Part shown: positions 28,721 through 38,892 of the stretch, in pieces
Layout: each line of letters opens with the position of its first letter
Position numbering within the stretch: position 1 is the first letter of the stretch
DNA from: Vampirovibrionaceae bacterium NZW_1234
GTDB taxonomy: Bacteria > Cyanobacteriota > Vampirovibrionia > Vampirovibrionales > JAGQHJ01
DNA length: 64,000 bases
Assembly (NCBI GenBank): GCA_041697335.1
Contig: JBGUGD010000004.1
Coordinates: 1 to 64,000, forward strand
Direction of reading: 5' to 3'
The notes under the pieces: generated by a model
Seen by the model: the letters and a program-made list of their open reading frames with translations, nothing else
The model's database searches: none
Told to the model about the DNA's origin: nothing
Translations under genes and position numbers: made by a program

Positions 28721-30010
28721 CTAATCTGACGAGTCAGAGGCTTGCTCTTCGGCCAGGCTCTTGGCAGACATTTCAGGTTCTTCTTCTCGTTTGGCCAGGA
28801 ATTTTTGATACAGATGAACCAAAATCTGCCGAGCAATAACGGATTTCTGGGCTTTGGGCAGATCGATACGCTCTTTGTCTCGAAATAAGATGGACACCTC
28901 GTTCTCATCACTGGCAAAACCAATATCCTGACGAGAAATATCATTGGCCACAATCATATCCAGGTGTTTTCGTTCTAGTTTTTCACGGGCATGCTGAATA
29001 ACATGATCGCTTTCAGCAGCAAACCCCACGACAAATTGATCTTTTTGCTTGGTTGGGCCAATTTCTCCCAGAATATCAGGGGTTTTTACCAAGTCCAGAG
29101 ATAGCGTGTCCTGTTTTTTGAGCTTTCTGGGGGGGGCGGAACGGGCATTGGGGGGCATCTGAAAATCGGCAACGGCCGCCGCCATAATAATACCATCAGC
29201 CTCTTTAAAGTTTCGCTTGGCGAATTTACCCATCTCTTCAGCATTTTCGACGTGAATGATGCGATAGGGGCGGTCAAGATTTTCCATGGTGTGCAAGAGC
29301 AACACGTCAGCTCCCATGGAAAACAGCTCGTCAGCCAGAGCAACGCCCATTTTTCCCGAACTGTTGTTGGTAATGTAACGCACAGCATCAATAGGTTCTC
29401 GTGTGCCTCCTGCGGTTACCACCACCCGTTTGTCTTTAAACAAACGGCGTTGCGGGTGCATGGCTTTGTATAAATATAAGAGAGCCGTATCCAGAGAAGC
29501 CAGCTTACCGTCGCCGTATTCTCCGCAAGCCAAATCCCCGGTTTCCGGAGGAACCAAAGTCACATGATCCAGAGACTTCAAGATGCGCAGGTTTTTTTGA
29601 ACCAACGGGTTCTCCCACATCCGGGTGTTCATGGCAGGGACAATGACCACAGGTTTTCCTGTAAAGGTAATGGCGGTGGTGGTGACCATATTGTCCGACA
29701 TTCCGTGGGCCAGCTTGGCCAAGGTATTTGCTGTCGTGGGCAAAATAATCATGGCATCCATATCCTGAGCCAGGGCAATGTGAGCAGGAATCCCATCGGG
29801 GGTGTTTTCCATGGCATTCACATAAACATACCCCTTCGTCAGGGTTTCAAGGGTTAAAGTCCCCAGAAACGATTGTGCCCCGGGAGTCATCATGGCGACC
29901 ACTTCAGAGGCACCTTCTTTTTGAAGCATTCGAATCAGTTCACAGGCCTTGTAGGCCGCAATGCCGCCGGTAACAGCTACTAAAATTCGTTTATTCTCGA
30001 ATCGACGCAT
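28721..30010 (-). CDS. coaBC: Phosphopantothenoylcysteine decarboxylase/ligase
   Basis: TGGIAAYK, PAMN..MW, TAGGTREPID.VRYITN.SSGKMG, VGFAAE. Confidence 0.96.
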   Translation of the reverse strand: MRRFENKRILVAVTGGIAAYKACELIRMLQKEGASEVVAMMTPGAQSFLGTLTLETLTKGYVYVNAMENTPDGIPAHIALAQDMDAMIILPTTANTLAKLAHGMSDNMVTTTAITFTGKPVVIVPAMNTRMWENPLVQKNLRILKSLDHVTLVPPETGDLACGEYGDGKLASLDTALLYLYKAMHPQRRLFKDKRVVVTAGGTREPIDAVRYITNNSSGKMGVALADELFSMGADVLLLHTMENLDRPYRIIHVENAEEMGKFAKRNFKEADGIIMAAAVADFQMPPNARSAPPRKLKKQDTLSLDLVKTPDILGEIGPTKQKDQFVVGFAAESDHVIQHAREKLERKHLDMIVANDISRQDIGFASDENEVSILFRDKERIDLPKAQKSVIARQILVHLYQKFLAKREEEPEMSAKSLAEEQASDSSD

Positions 30011-30087
30011 AACTCATTTTTTCATATCTGAGGGAAATTTCAATAGCTCCCTGGGACAACCGACCTACAGCAGTGAAAAGAAGGGGG

Positions 30088-31179
30088 TTATTTGCTGGCA
30101 TTGGTCAAGTCAATTCGCCGATCCGTATGGCGGGTGCTCCAGCGAGTCAATACCACCAGCAAGGTGCTGAAGATAATAACACTGGTGAGGGTCAGGAGAT
30201 ATTCATTGAGGTGTCCAATGTAGACGCTGGCAATAATGCCACCAATGATGCAGATGGTGTACATCGCCACGACAGTCCGGACCTGCGAAAATCCAGCCTT
30301 GAGCAGTTTGTGATGAAGGTGTTCGGAGTCTGCCACAAACGGGCTTTGAAACTTCCATAAGCGCCGCAGTGTGGAGTAGGTAATGTCGAGGATGGGAACC
30401 GTCAGAATAATGACCGGAACCAGCATGGTCATGGTCAGGGTTTTCAACACCCCTGTGACGGCAATACAGGCCAGAACAAAGCCGCAAAACAGGGCACCAC
30501 TGTCTCCCATAAAAATACGGGCCGGGTAGAAGTTCAGGTTCAGAAAGCCCAGGGTTGCCCCCGATAAGCAGATAGCCAGCAATGCCGGGACCGGCTCATT
30601 CATGTTCAAGGCAACCACCGATAAGGTTAACGCCGAAATCATGGAAACCCCGCCTGCCAAGCCATCAACCCCGTCAATGAAGTTCATGGCGTTACTGATA
30701 CCAATCATCCACAGCAACGTCAGGGGCAGGCTCAGTCCCTGGAGGAGCAAAATTTTGCTAAAGGGGAGATCCAGGGCCACAATCTGAATGCCCAGATGGA
30801 AGGCTGTCGTAGCGGCCAGAAACTGACCAAAAAGCTTGAGATAGGGAGACAGATTATACAGGTCATCGAGTAAGCCCACAAAGAACATTATCGAGCCACC
30901 GATAAGGATCCCTTCCATTCCGTTGCCTTCAAACTGACCGGAGTAAAAAAAGCTCAAAATTATCATGGTCAGGACAAAGCCACCCCAAATTGCAACCCCG
31001 CCCACCCGGGGAATTGGGAACTTATGAATTTTGCGATCATTGGGGATGTCATAGCGCCCGGCATCAATGGCCCATTTGCGGATCAAGGGGGTGATCAGGC
31101 CGGAAAAAGCCAAGGCCATTAAAAAGCCCACGATCAGTACCCAAATGGATGAAACCTCGGCGAGATTAATGTCCAACAT
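30088..31179 (-). CDS. MraY/WecA/TagO-family undecaprenyl-phosphate GlcNAc-1-P transferase
   Basis: RKIH..PIPRVGG, GLLDD, NAMNFIDGVDGL, IFMGDSG, HLHH. Confidence 0.92.
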   Translation of the reverse strand: MLDINLAEVSSIWVLIVGFLMALAFSGLITPLIRKWAIDAGRYDIPNDRKIHKFPIPRVGGVAIWGGFVLTMIILSFFYSGQFEGNGMEGILIGGSIMFFVGLLDDLYNLSPYLKLFGQFLAATTAFHLGIQIVALDLPFSKILLLQGLSLPLTLLWMIGISNAMNFIDGVDGLAGGVSMISALTLSVVALNMNEPVPALLAICLSGATLGFLNLNFYPARIFMGDSGALFCGFVLACIAVTGVLKTLTMTMLVPVIILTVPILDITYSTLRRLWKFQSPFVADSEHLHHKLLKAGFSQVRTVVAMYTICIIGGIIASVYIGHLNEYLLTLTSVIIFSTLLVVLTRWSTRHTDRRIDLTNASK

Positions 31180-31244
31180 GCCGGTGTCCTGTCTTCAGTA
31201 ATGACTTCATACAATCCATTATACGCGTCGTTTAAGCCAGAGGC

Positions 31245-32507
31245 TTAAGAGACTTTCATCGGGGTCAGTTCCGGGTACAGCGGAAAGGCATCGGTCAGGG
31301 CCTTGATACGACTTTTTAAGGTCGCCGCGTTGGAAGGATCTTTCAAGGCTGCAGCAATAATGCGCCCAATTTCCTGCAGTGCGGCTTCATCCATACCGCG
31401 ACTGGTAACGGCTGGCGTGCCAAGACGCAGCCCGCTGGTGACAAAGGGGCTTTGCGGGTCATCCGGAATGGTGTTTTTGTTTGCCGTAATGTGAATGTCG
31501 TCTAAAACCAGCGAGGCCTCTTTGCCGGTAATACCCAGGTTTCTCAAATCGACCATCATGAGGTGGTTATCCGTGCCGCCGCTGACCAATTCAAGGCCCT
31601 CGTCTTGCAAGGCGTCTGCAAGAGCTTTGGCATTCAGAACGACATTTCTGGCATACTGACGAAAGTCATCGGACAGGGCTTCTTTAAAGGCCACAGCCTT
31701 TGCGGCAATCACATGCATCAGAGGGCCCCCTTGAAGACCTGGAAAGACGGCCTTGTCCACGGCTTTGGCGAAGGCTTCCTGGCACATAATGACACCCCCG
31801 CGCGGTCCTCTGAGGGTCTTGTGGGTTGTGGTGGTTACAATATGGGCATAGGGCACCGGGGAAGGGTGCTGGCCGGCAACTACCAGCCCTGCAATATGAG
31901 CGATATCGGCCATCAACACCGCGCCCACTTCGTCGGCAATGTCACGAAAAGCTTTGAAATCCAGAGTGCGGGCATAAGCACTGGTGCCGCAGATGATGAG
32001 CTTGGGCTTATGAGCCAGTGCCAGTTCCCGGACCTGGTTCATTTCCAGGAGGCCGGTTTGAGGGTTGAGTTTATAAGGGACGACATTGTAGTACAAGCCC
32101 GAGAAATTCACTGGGGAACCGTGGGTCAAGTGACCGCCATGAGAGAGGTCCTGGCCCATAATGGTATCTCCGGGTTTCAGTCCAGCTGCCATAAAAGCGG
32201 CCATATTAGCTTGCGCACCACTGTGGGGCTGAACGTTGGCGTGGTCACAGCCAAACAGCTGTTTAAGCCGATCGATTGCCAACTGTTCCACTTGATCGAC
32301 ATACTCGCATCCGCCGTAATACCGCTTGCCCGGGAGGCCTTCTGCATATTTATTCGTCAGGACCGAGCCCATGGCTGCCAGGACAGCACTGCTGGTAAAA
32401 TTTTCACTGGCAATTAATTCAATGGTCTCTTGCTGACGGCGCAACTCTTGTTGCATTAGGCCGTAAATTTCAGGGTCTACAGCGTTGAGAATGTCGGCTC
32501 CTAGCAT
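31245..32507 (-). CDS. glyA: Serine hydroxymethyltransferase
   Basis: [33 protein letters not shown]. Confidence 0.98.
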   Translation of the reverse strand: MLGADILNAVDPEIYGLMQQELRRQQETIELIASENFTSSAVLAAMGSVLTNKYAEGLPGKRYYGGCEYVDQVEQLAIDRLKQLFGCDHANVQPHSGAQANMAAFMAAGLKPGDTIMGQDLSHGGHLTHGSPVNFSGLYYNVVPYKLNPQTGLLEMNQVRELALAHKPKLIICGTSAYARTLDFKAFRDIADEVGAVLMADIAHIAGLVVAGQHPSPVPYAHIVTTTTHKTLRGPRGGVIMCQEAFAKAVDKAVFPGLQGGPLMHVIAAKAVAFKEALSDDFRQYARNVVLNAKALADALQDEGLELVSGGTDNHLMMVDLRNLGITGKEASLVLDDIHITANKNTIPDDPQSPFVTSGLRLGTPAVTSRGMDEAALQEIGRIIAAALKDPSNAATLKSRIKALTDAFPLYPELTPMKVS

Positions 32508-32962
32508 TGTACTTGGTCTCCTTGGGGGGCAGTATCCATTTTGTCCACGCGGCGTTGATGGCGGCCGCCTTCAAACGGGGTATTCATAAACACATCCAGC
32601 AGTTCTTGAGCATACTCCGGGGCAACGACCCGTCCGCCAAAACAAATCACGTTGGCATCGTTATGGCGTCGGCTCATCGAGGCGGTATACAGATCATGGC
32701 AGACCACAGCCCGGATTTTATCAAAACGATTGGCCGTGATAGCCATGCCTACCCCGCTGCCGCAACACAAAATACCTTGTAAATACTCCCCGTCCTGAAC
32801 CGCACGAGCAACAAAACCGGCAATATCCGGATAGTCCACGCTGTCGGAGGTAAAGCACCCAAAATCTTTGTAGGGAATTTCCCGCTTCTCCAGGTAGTTT
32901 TTCAAGGCTTCTTTCAGCTCAAAACCGGCGTGATCTGAGCCGATTGCAAAGGTTCCGTCCAT
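32501..32962 (-). CDS. rpiB: Ribose-5-phosphate isomerase B
   Basis: GSDHAG, DYPD, CGSGVG, HNDAN, FEGGRH.RR. Confidence 0.96.
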   Translation of the reverse strand: MDGTFAIGSDHAGFELKEALKNYLEKREIPYKDFGCFTSDSVDYPDIAGFVARAVQDGEYLQGILCCGSGVGMAITANRFDKIRAVVCHDLYTASMSRRHNDANVICFGGRVVAPEYAQELLDVFMNTPFEGGRHQRRVDKMDTAPQGDQVQC

Positions 32963-33227
32963 AGCCTAATCCTTTTGTATCCTTCATCAATGTGCTCCAG
33001 TCTAACACAAAAGAAGCTCCCACAATAAGCTTCCGGCTATTGGCCGCTCAGGGGAGGTTTCGTACAGAAGAGGGCGGATGGGAATGGACTTGAGAATGTC
33101 AATGGAAAAGCCAAGCAATGGTATTCTAAAGAGACTTAGATTGACGCCAGTGCGTTGGCCTTTTGGCGTGTTTGGCGTAAAGTGACTATAGATGTATCGC
33201 CAGAGTTGAAGACGAAGGAAGGCTCAG

Positions 33228-33722
33228 ATGGAGAAAGTGGCGTTTAAGCCCAACACAGGCAAGCAGCGTATTGATGGTGTGGAAACAAAGGTTTTAAAAC
33301 CCATTGTGGATGAACGGGGCTTCTTGATGGAGACCATCCGTATCGATGATCCTCTGTTCAAAGGCTTTGGCCAGGCCTATGTTACCGCCGTCAATGAGGG
33401 TGTGGTTAAGGCCTGGCACTATCATGACGATCAAATTGACAACTTCATCTGTCTGGTCGGCCACATCAAGTTAGTTCTCTATGATTGCCGGGAAGAGTCT
33501 CCGACGTATGGGGTCGTCAACGAGTTCTTTATTGGCGAGCGCAACCCCATGCTGGTGCAGATTCCCAAACGGGTGTTGCATGGGTTTAAAGGGATCAGTG
33601 CTCCGCACGCCCTGGTGTTGAACCTGCCGGATAAACCCTATAACTATGAAAAGCCTGATGAATTCCGAGTGGATCCGCATACCAACGATGTGCCCTACGA
33701 TTGGGCCCGGAAAGACGGGTAA
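33228..33722 (+). CDS. rmlC: dTDP-4-dehydrorhamnose 3,5-epimerase family
   Basis: DERGFLME, KAWHYH..Q.D, HGFK cupin; next to rmlB. Confidence 0.85.
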   Translation: MEKVAFKPNTGKQRIDGVETKVLKPIVDERGFLMETIRIDDPLFKGFGQAYVTAVNEGVVKAWHYHDDQIDNFICLVGHIKLVLYDCREESPTYGVVNEFFIGERNPMLVQIPKRVLHGFKGISAPHALVLNLPDKPYNYEKPDEFRVDPHTNDVPYDWARKDG

Positions 33723-33725
33723 CCC

Positions 33726-34763
33726 ATGAGGATTCTGGTAACGGGTGGCGCCGGTTTTATTGGGTCTTGGATCATACGCCAACTCCTGACGAGGCATCCA
33801 GAGGTCACCGCAGTGATTAATCTGGACTTGCTGACGTATGCCGGTAATCTGGAAAACCTGACCGATGTCGATCAAGATTCGCGCTATCGCTTCGTCCACG
33901 GGGATATCCGTGACGCTGACTTGGCCAATACCCTGATGGCCGAAGTGGATGTCTGTATCCATGCGGCGGCAGAAACCCATGTGGACAGAAGCATCAGCAA
34001 TCCCTTGGCCTTTTTGGAAACCAATACACTGGGGACTCAGGTATTGCTTGAGGCGGCCCGACAGCATCGATTGAGTAAGTTTGTTCTGGTCTCTACCGAT
34101 GAAGTATACGGAAGCCTGCCCCTGGAGACAGAGGAGAAATTTACGGAACTGACCTCGCTGAAGCCCAACAGTCCCTATGCTGCAAGCAAGGCTGCGGCAG
34201 ATCTCATGGCGATGAGCTACTTTAAAACCTTTGGTCTTCCGGTCTGCATTACCCGGTGTGGCAACAACTATGGCCCCAATCAGTACCCCGAGAAACTGAT
34301 TCCTTTTTTCATTCTCAAAGGCCTGCGCGGTGAGTCTTTACCGGTTTATGGCGATGGCTTAAATGTTCGGGATTGGATCTACGTGGCCGATCATGCCGAG
34401 GCTGTCATCCAGGTTTTGAATCAAGGCACACCGGGACAGGTCTACAATATTGGGGCAACCGAGCAACGCAATAATCTCCAGATGACCCGCTTGATTCTGG
34501 ATGCCTTGGGGCTGTCCGACTCCAAGATGCAATTTGTGGAAGATCGTCCCGGGCATGATCGCCGTTATGCCTTGGATACGACCAAAATTCGTCAGGAACT
34601 CGGCTGGACACCTCAGCATTCCTTTGAAGATGCCATTGCTCTGACTTTGAAATGGTACCAGGAGAATACCCAATGGATTGAAAACGTCCTGGCACGGCAG
34701 CAACGTGAAAAAACGGCACCGGGGGCCGCATGGTTATCCAGCAAAAACACCAACGCATCTTAG
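33726..34763 (+). CDS. rmlB: dTDP-glucose 4,6-dehydratase
   Basis: TGGAGFIG, AAETHVDRSI, STDEVYG, YAASK, DRPGHDRRY. Confidence 0.96.
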   Translation: MRILVTGGAGFIGSWIIRQLLTRHPEVTAVINLDLLTYAGNLENLTDVDQDSRYRFVHGDIRDADLANTLMAEVDVCIHAAAETHVDRSISNPLAFLETNTLGTQVLLEAARQHRLSKFVLVSTDEVYGSLPLETEEKFTELTSLKPNSPYAASKAAADLMAMSYFKTFGLPVCITRCGNNYGPNQYPEKLIPFFILKGLRGESLPVYGDGLNVRDWIYVADHAEAVIQVLNQGTPGQVYNIGATEQRNNLQMTRLILDALGLSDSKMQFVEDRPGHDRRYALDTTKIRQELGWTPQHSFEDAIALTLKWYQENTQWIENVLARQQREKTAPGAAWLSSKNTNAS

Positions 34764-35608
34764 TTACTGGGGCTGCAGGCAGTTTAGGGCAGGATTTGGT
34801 TCGCTATTGGTCAGATCCAGCTTATAACGTCGAGGTGATTGGCACCACGTCCGATGATTTCAATCTGACCTGGGATGCAGTTACCCTGCTCCAGACCCTC
34901 GATGCCATTTCTCCTGATATGATTGTCAATGCGGCGGCCTTTACTCAGGTGGATGCTGCGGAATCACAATACGATAAAGCACTTCAGGTGAATGCTCATG
35001 CCCCGGGTGTTCTTGCCGATTGGGTGAGAGCCCATGGGGCCTATCTCGTGCACATCAGTACGGATTATGTATTTGATGGGACCAAAGGAGCCCCCTATTT
35101 ACCCACGGATGCCCCCAACCCCATTAACCGTTACGGCGAATCCAAGCGTCTTGGAGAGCAACATGTTCTGGCCACGGCGCCTGACAATGCCGCAGTGATC
35201 CGGACGAGCTGGCTCTATGGCTCCGGCTCTCGTAATTTTGTACCCTTCATCTTGCAATCGGCTCAGGTCTCTTCCCCCATACGCGTGGCCCGGGATCAGT
35301 GGGGCACCCCAACCTGGACGCAGGATTTATGTGACATGATTGAGCAAGCCAGAGTGGAGCGTTTGAAAGGTATTTTTCATGGCTGTTCTCTTGGCCAGAC
35401 AACCCGCTATGAACAAGCCGTTTTTCTCTGTGACTGTATGGCTGCTTCCACAGGGTTTATGACACCGGTGGAGACTGATGTGTTTGGATTCCCTGCAAAG
35501 CGTCCCCATAACACGGCCATGGTTTCGAGCTTTGACTGTGCTCGGGACTGGAAGGAGGCAACAGAGGCGTTTATGCGACAGCAAGGATTGCTATTGCGCC
35601 ATGGCTAA
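34730..35608 (+). CDS. rmlD: dTDP-4-dehydrorhamnose reductase
   Basis: NAAAFTQVDAAE, HISTDYVFDG, YGESK, DQWGTPT. Confidence 0.93.
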   Translation: MVIQQKHQRILVTGAAGSLGQDLVRYWSDPAYNVEVIGTTSDDFNLTWDAVTLLQTLDAISPDMIVNAAAFTQVDAAESQYDKALQVNAHAPGVLADWVRAHGAYLVHISTDYVFDGTKGAPYLPTDAPNPINRYGESKRLGEQHVLATAPDNAAVIRTSWLYGSGSRNFVPFILQSAQVSSPIRVARDQWGTPTWTQDLCDMIEQARVERLKGIFHGCSLGQTTRYEQAVFLCDCMAASTGFMTPVETDVFGFPAKRPHNTAMVSSFDCARDWKEATEAFMRQQGLLLRHG

Positions 35609-36644
35609 TCGGGTGATGGTATCGGGCTATTATGGCTTTGAGAACTTCGGCGATGACCTGATTCTTGAGGTCATTGTCCAGCAGCTTCAGGAATGCGGCT
35701 TTGTGCCGGTGGTATTGTCCGGCAATCCCGCCCTGACGCTAAAGCAATACCCTGGCGTGGAGGCCTTGCCCAGGGCCGAGGTCGGTGCTATTTGGAAAGC
35801 CCTGGGGGATATGCGAGCCTTTATCAGTGGTGGAGGCGGTCTTTTTCAAGATGTGACCGGCCCGGCAAGCCCTATCTATTATGGAGGGCTCATCGAAATG
35901 GCCCATTGGCGCCGATGTCCGGTCGCCTTTTTCGGTCAGGGAATCGGGCCTTTGAGTTCCCGTCTGGGGCGCTTCTTAACTTCCAGAGCCTTGTCCCACG
36001 CAGGCCTCATCGTGGTCCGGGATGTCAAAAGTCAAGCCCTGGCCTATCAACTGATGGGTACGTTACGCAGTCGCAACGTGGGGCTGATGGGCGATCCGGT
36101 ATGGATGTGGCAACCACCGGCCGACTCTTCTTACGACGAGTCTCGACCTTTGGGTATTTCCCTGCGTCCCTGGGGGCAATTACGGGATGAGGATATCCAG
36201 CATTTGGCCAATGTCCTGGCCCAGATCCCTCAGGTAAAGGCGGCTGGCTTGAACTTAATTGACTGTCAAGCCGGGGTTGATATCCTTCCCTTGGCCAAGT
36301 TGGAAAAAGCTCTAAAAGCCTACCAGATTCGCTGTTTTTGGTTTGCTGAAACACAGGCTCAGGTGGGGATTGCGCAATCCAGTGGTCTGTTGGCCATGCG
36401 TTTTCACGCGGTTTTGACCGCGGCACGGATGGGCATCCCCACAGTAACCCTCTCCTATGACCCCAAGGTACAGCTTTTGGCGGCTCAACTGAAGCTCACC
36501 GATTATCCCGTTCATACCTTGATGGCCCTTCAAGCAGAGGACATTCAGGACGCGCTTAAACCGGCGGATCCGGCAACCGTTCAAACCCTGACACAAGACG
36601 CCCAAAAAGGGTTCTCCCTTCTGAAGAATTGGCTCATTCGCTAA
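35601..36644 (+). CDS. csaB: Polysaccharide pyruvyl transferase
   Basis: SGYYGFENFGDD, SGGGGLFQDVT, QGIGP, VRD..S, MRFH, SYDPKV; start at ATG 35601. Confidence 0.88.
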   Translation: MANRVMVSGYYGFENFGDDLILEVIVQQLQECGFVPVVLSGNPALTLKQYPGVEALPRAEVGAIWKALGDMRAFISGGGGLFQDVTGPASPIYYGGLIEMAHWRRCPVAFFGQGIGPLSSRLGRFLTSRALSHAGLIVVRDVKSQALAYQLMGTLRSRNVGLMGDPVWMWQPPADSSYDESRPLGISLRPWGQLRDEDIQHLANVLAQIPQVKAAGLNLIDCQAGVDILPLAKLEKALKAYQIRCFWFAETQAQVGIAQSSGLLAMRFHAVLTAARMGIPTVTLSYDPKVQLLAAQLKLTDYPVHTLMALQAEDIQDALKPADPATVQTLTQDAQKGFSLLKNWLIR

Positions 36645-36683
36645 TCCGTTCGCTATTTTAGGTATCCGGATATCGGCCGTTGT

Positions 36684-36735
36684 GAGTCAAGGCGAGTCAA
36701 AATGAGTCAAAAAAGACCCATGCCTATTGACTCAT
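36684..36735. repeat. Three GAGTCAA direct repeats at 10-bp period plus one inverted copy
   Basis: GAGTCAA at 36684, 36694 and 36704; TTGACTCAT at 36727. Confidence 0.75.
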
Positions 36736-36748
36736 ATGTTTTGCTCAC

Positions 36749-38014
36749 CTAGAGGCCGTGGGTCAGCGGGGCGTTCTTTTGTTTGAACTCGGCATAGGAC
36801 ATTTGCCCATCCAGGGTTTTGCCGCCATGCTTGCGTAGACGATTATAGACATATTCACCGGCGTCACTGCAGGGGATTTTATTGCCGTCATGCCGGTATT
36901 CAATCAGTTGCCCACTGACCAGGTTCCGTAGTGCCTTGTCATGGTTCGGGTGAATGAACATGGGGATAGAGAATCGGCTTTTTTCCAGCTGTTGATCATT
37001 GCCCACCACTTTGTGTGAGGTTGAGCGCAAGGCATTGGGATGCCCTTCGGTAATGAGAGAAAGCATATCGCCGACATTCACAATGAGATCACCTACCTTG
37101 AAATCTCCCGGCTGCCATTTTGTTTCGTCCTTGGCTTCAACGTCCATCCATTGTCCGTCTTTTTTTAGGATTTGAAGTCCACCCAACGTGGCGGCCGGTA
37201 ACAAGGTGATGTAATTCATGTCATTATGGGCACCTGCGCGGATGACCTTGCCATTTTCATCCTTGTTGAGCCGGTCTTCTGCGGGAATGGGCGGGTAGTG
37301 GATGGAGCGCATCATATGGGAGCCGATTTTTTTGCCGCTGTCGTCCACCAGGGTGGATTTCAGATACCCGTTGTCATTCAGGAACAAGCCAATGGCATCC
37401 ATCAGTTGAAGGCCCACATCTTCCATCGATTGGTAGAGCTTATCGCTGGCGGCTTGGTAGTCAGGCACTTCTACAGGATAATCGTTCCGAGAACGCCCGG
37501 CTTGCCAAGCCTCTTTGGGATCCGGCGTGGTTTTTTTGCCATCCACAGTGCTGCCTTTGAGTTCACTTTTCATCGGGTAATACCCGCGTTGGCTGCCAAT
37601 TTCCGGGTGGTAATATTTTTTCTTGGTTGCTTCATCCAGGCCCACAACCTGGCCCAGAAGCTTGTAATTTTCTTCGAACAAGCTTTTGGGGATGCCATGA
37701 CCGGTGACGGCCACAAATCCATATTCTTTGAAGCTGTCTCCCAGAGCTTTGGCGAAGGCGGCCTTTGCTGTGGCGTCTCCATTGACGAACTGTGACAGGT
37801 CGACGACGGGAATTTTTTCAGCGGTTTTTGGAGCGCTTGAAAAGCGCACGTGCTGAACGGCGACCAGCCGATCACTAAAATGATGGCGGGACAGGGAATG
37901 CAGTGAACCAGGTGATCCCCCTGGATTCTTCGGAGTCGAGATGGGCTTTAGCGGACGCCGTTTGGGTGCCATGGCGTGTTGCAATGCTTGGGTTGAGGTA
38001 AAAGAAACGTTCAT
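36749..38014 (-). CDS. Isopenicillin N synthase-family Fe(II)/2OG oxygenase with N-terminal extension
   Basis: IPVVDLS, YGF...GHGI, R.IHYPP, AHND, HKV, RFSIP; GGGGAG RBS before ATG 38014. Confidence 0.88.
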   Translation of the reverse strand: MNVSFTSTQALQHAMAPKRRPLKPISTPKNPGGSPGSLHSLSRHHFSDRLVAVQHVRFSSAPKTAEKIPVVDLSQFVNGDATAKAAFAKALGDSFKEYGFVAVTGHGIPKSLFEENYKLLGQVVGLDEATKKKYYHPEIGSQRGYYPMKSELKGSTVDGKKTTPDPKEAWQAGRSRNDYPVEVPDYQAASDKLYQSMEDVGLQLMDAIGLFLNDNGYLKSTLVDDSGKKIGSHMMRSIHYPPIPAEDRLNKDENGKVIRAGAHNDMNYITLLPAATLGGLQILKKDGQWMDVEAKDETKWQPGDFKVGDLIVNVGDMLSLITEGHPNALRSTSHKVVGNDQQLEKSRFSIPMFIHPNHDKALRNLVSGQLIEYRHDGNKIPCSDAGEYVYNRLRKHGGKTLDGQMSYAEFKQKNAPLTHGL

Positions 38015-38275
38015 GTAGTGCTCCCCCTGAAGATTGATAGCAGTGGATCGCATGAGCGAATCCTAGGGCCTTATGTATCGTAAACAGAGGTTATGTTCAA
38101 GTTGTTTTTTAAAACTAGGTGCAAAAAGTCTCAATAGGGCAAGTTTGTGGCAGGGGAATGTCCGATGGGGTTTAATCAATATTTACAAAATAACACTAAA
38201 ATCCTTAAGAATTTTTTAATATATATAGATTCTTTTCGGTAGGAACTATAATAAATGTTGGGAGGACACTAGCCA

Positions 38276-38461
38276 ATGAAAGACCAGGCTTCTCACAAAA
38301 AATCGGCTAAAAAAAGCAAGTTTATCAACGACAAGCATTTTAAAGGCTACCAAAAACCTAAAATGGTTGAAGCAGCGCAAGATTTGCTCTGCAAGGAAGA
38401 AATTTCCGAAGAAGCTTTCTTGGGCGCTCAAGCGATTTTGCTCTTGAACGACATGATTTAG
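38276..38461 (+). CDS. Small hypothetical protein (61 aa)
   Basis: GGAGG RBS; basic N-half and acidic C-half. Confidence 0.55.
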   Translation: MKDQASHKKSAKKSKFINDKHFKGYQKPKMVEAAQDLLCKEEISEEAFLGAQAILLLNDMI

Positions 38462-38740
38462 ATTTGTCAGCGACGGCTCTTACCGTCGCCGTTGTCCTAT
38501 GTTCGGTTTTTTTATTTTTTTCTCGCTTTAAGTCTCTCTTTTCTTCTCATTTAAAAATTCAAATCGATGACTCCCTGATTTGGGGTTTTAGCCCTGCGCT
38601 AAAAAACCATGGGGAGGACACGTTGCTTCTTGGCGCCCTTGCGATAAAAGGTCTGTGAGAGCCTAAGGACAACAGAGATGTTCATGGTCTGTTCTCAGGT
38701 CTTCTGAGAGCTGGTTCGAATGTGTGTGATATGTGTGCCC

Positions 38741-38773
38741 GGGCGACCTCACCAGAGGTCGCCCTCAATTTTT
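38741..38773 (+). terminator. Intrinsic terminator
   Basis: GGGCGACCTC-acca-GAGGTCGCCC followed by TCAATTTTT. Confidence 0.75.
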
Positions 38774-38892
38774 GTGGTGGGGCAGCAGTGTCATCAGCAG
38801 GTTTCATAATAACTTCGGGGGAGGACAAATAAGGGGCTTTTGGGCATAATAGTCATGCATTACCCCTGTGCACCTGTGAAGGAGTTCATTCC

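Noticed and set aside
31563..32417. 284-aa plus-strand ORF (and similar antisense ORFs over infB, rmlB, glgC and the IPNS-like gene)
   Set aside because: Antisense to well-conserved genes and has no recognisable motifs.
38655..38725. Glycine-riboswitch-like GAGAG...CTCAGG and tRNA-like GGTTCGAAT
   Set aside because: Lacks the CCGAAG core of the aptamer; no T-stem pairing or cloverleaf.
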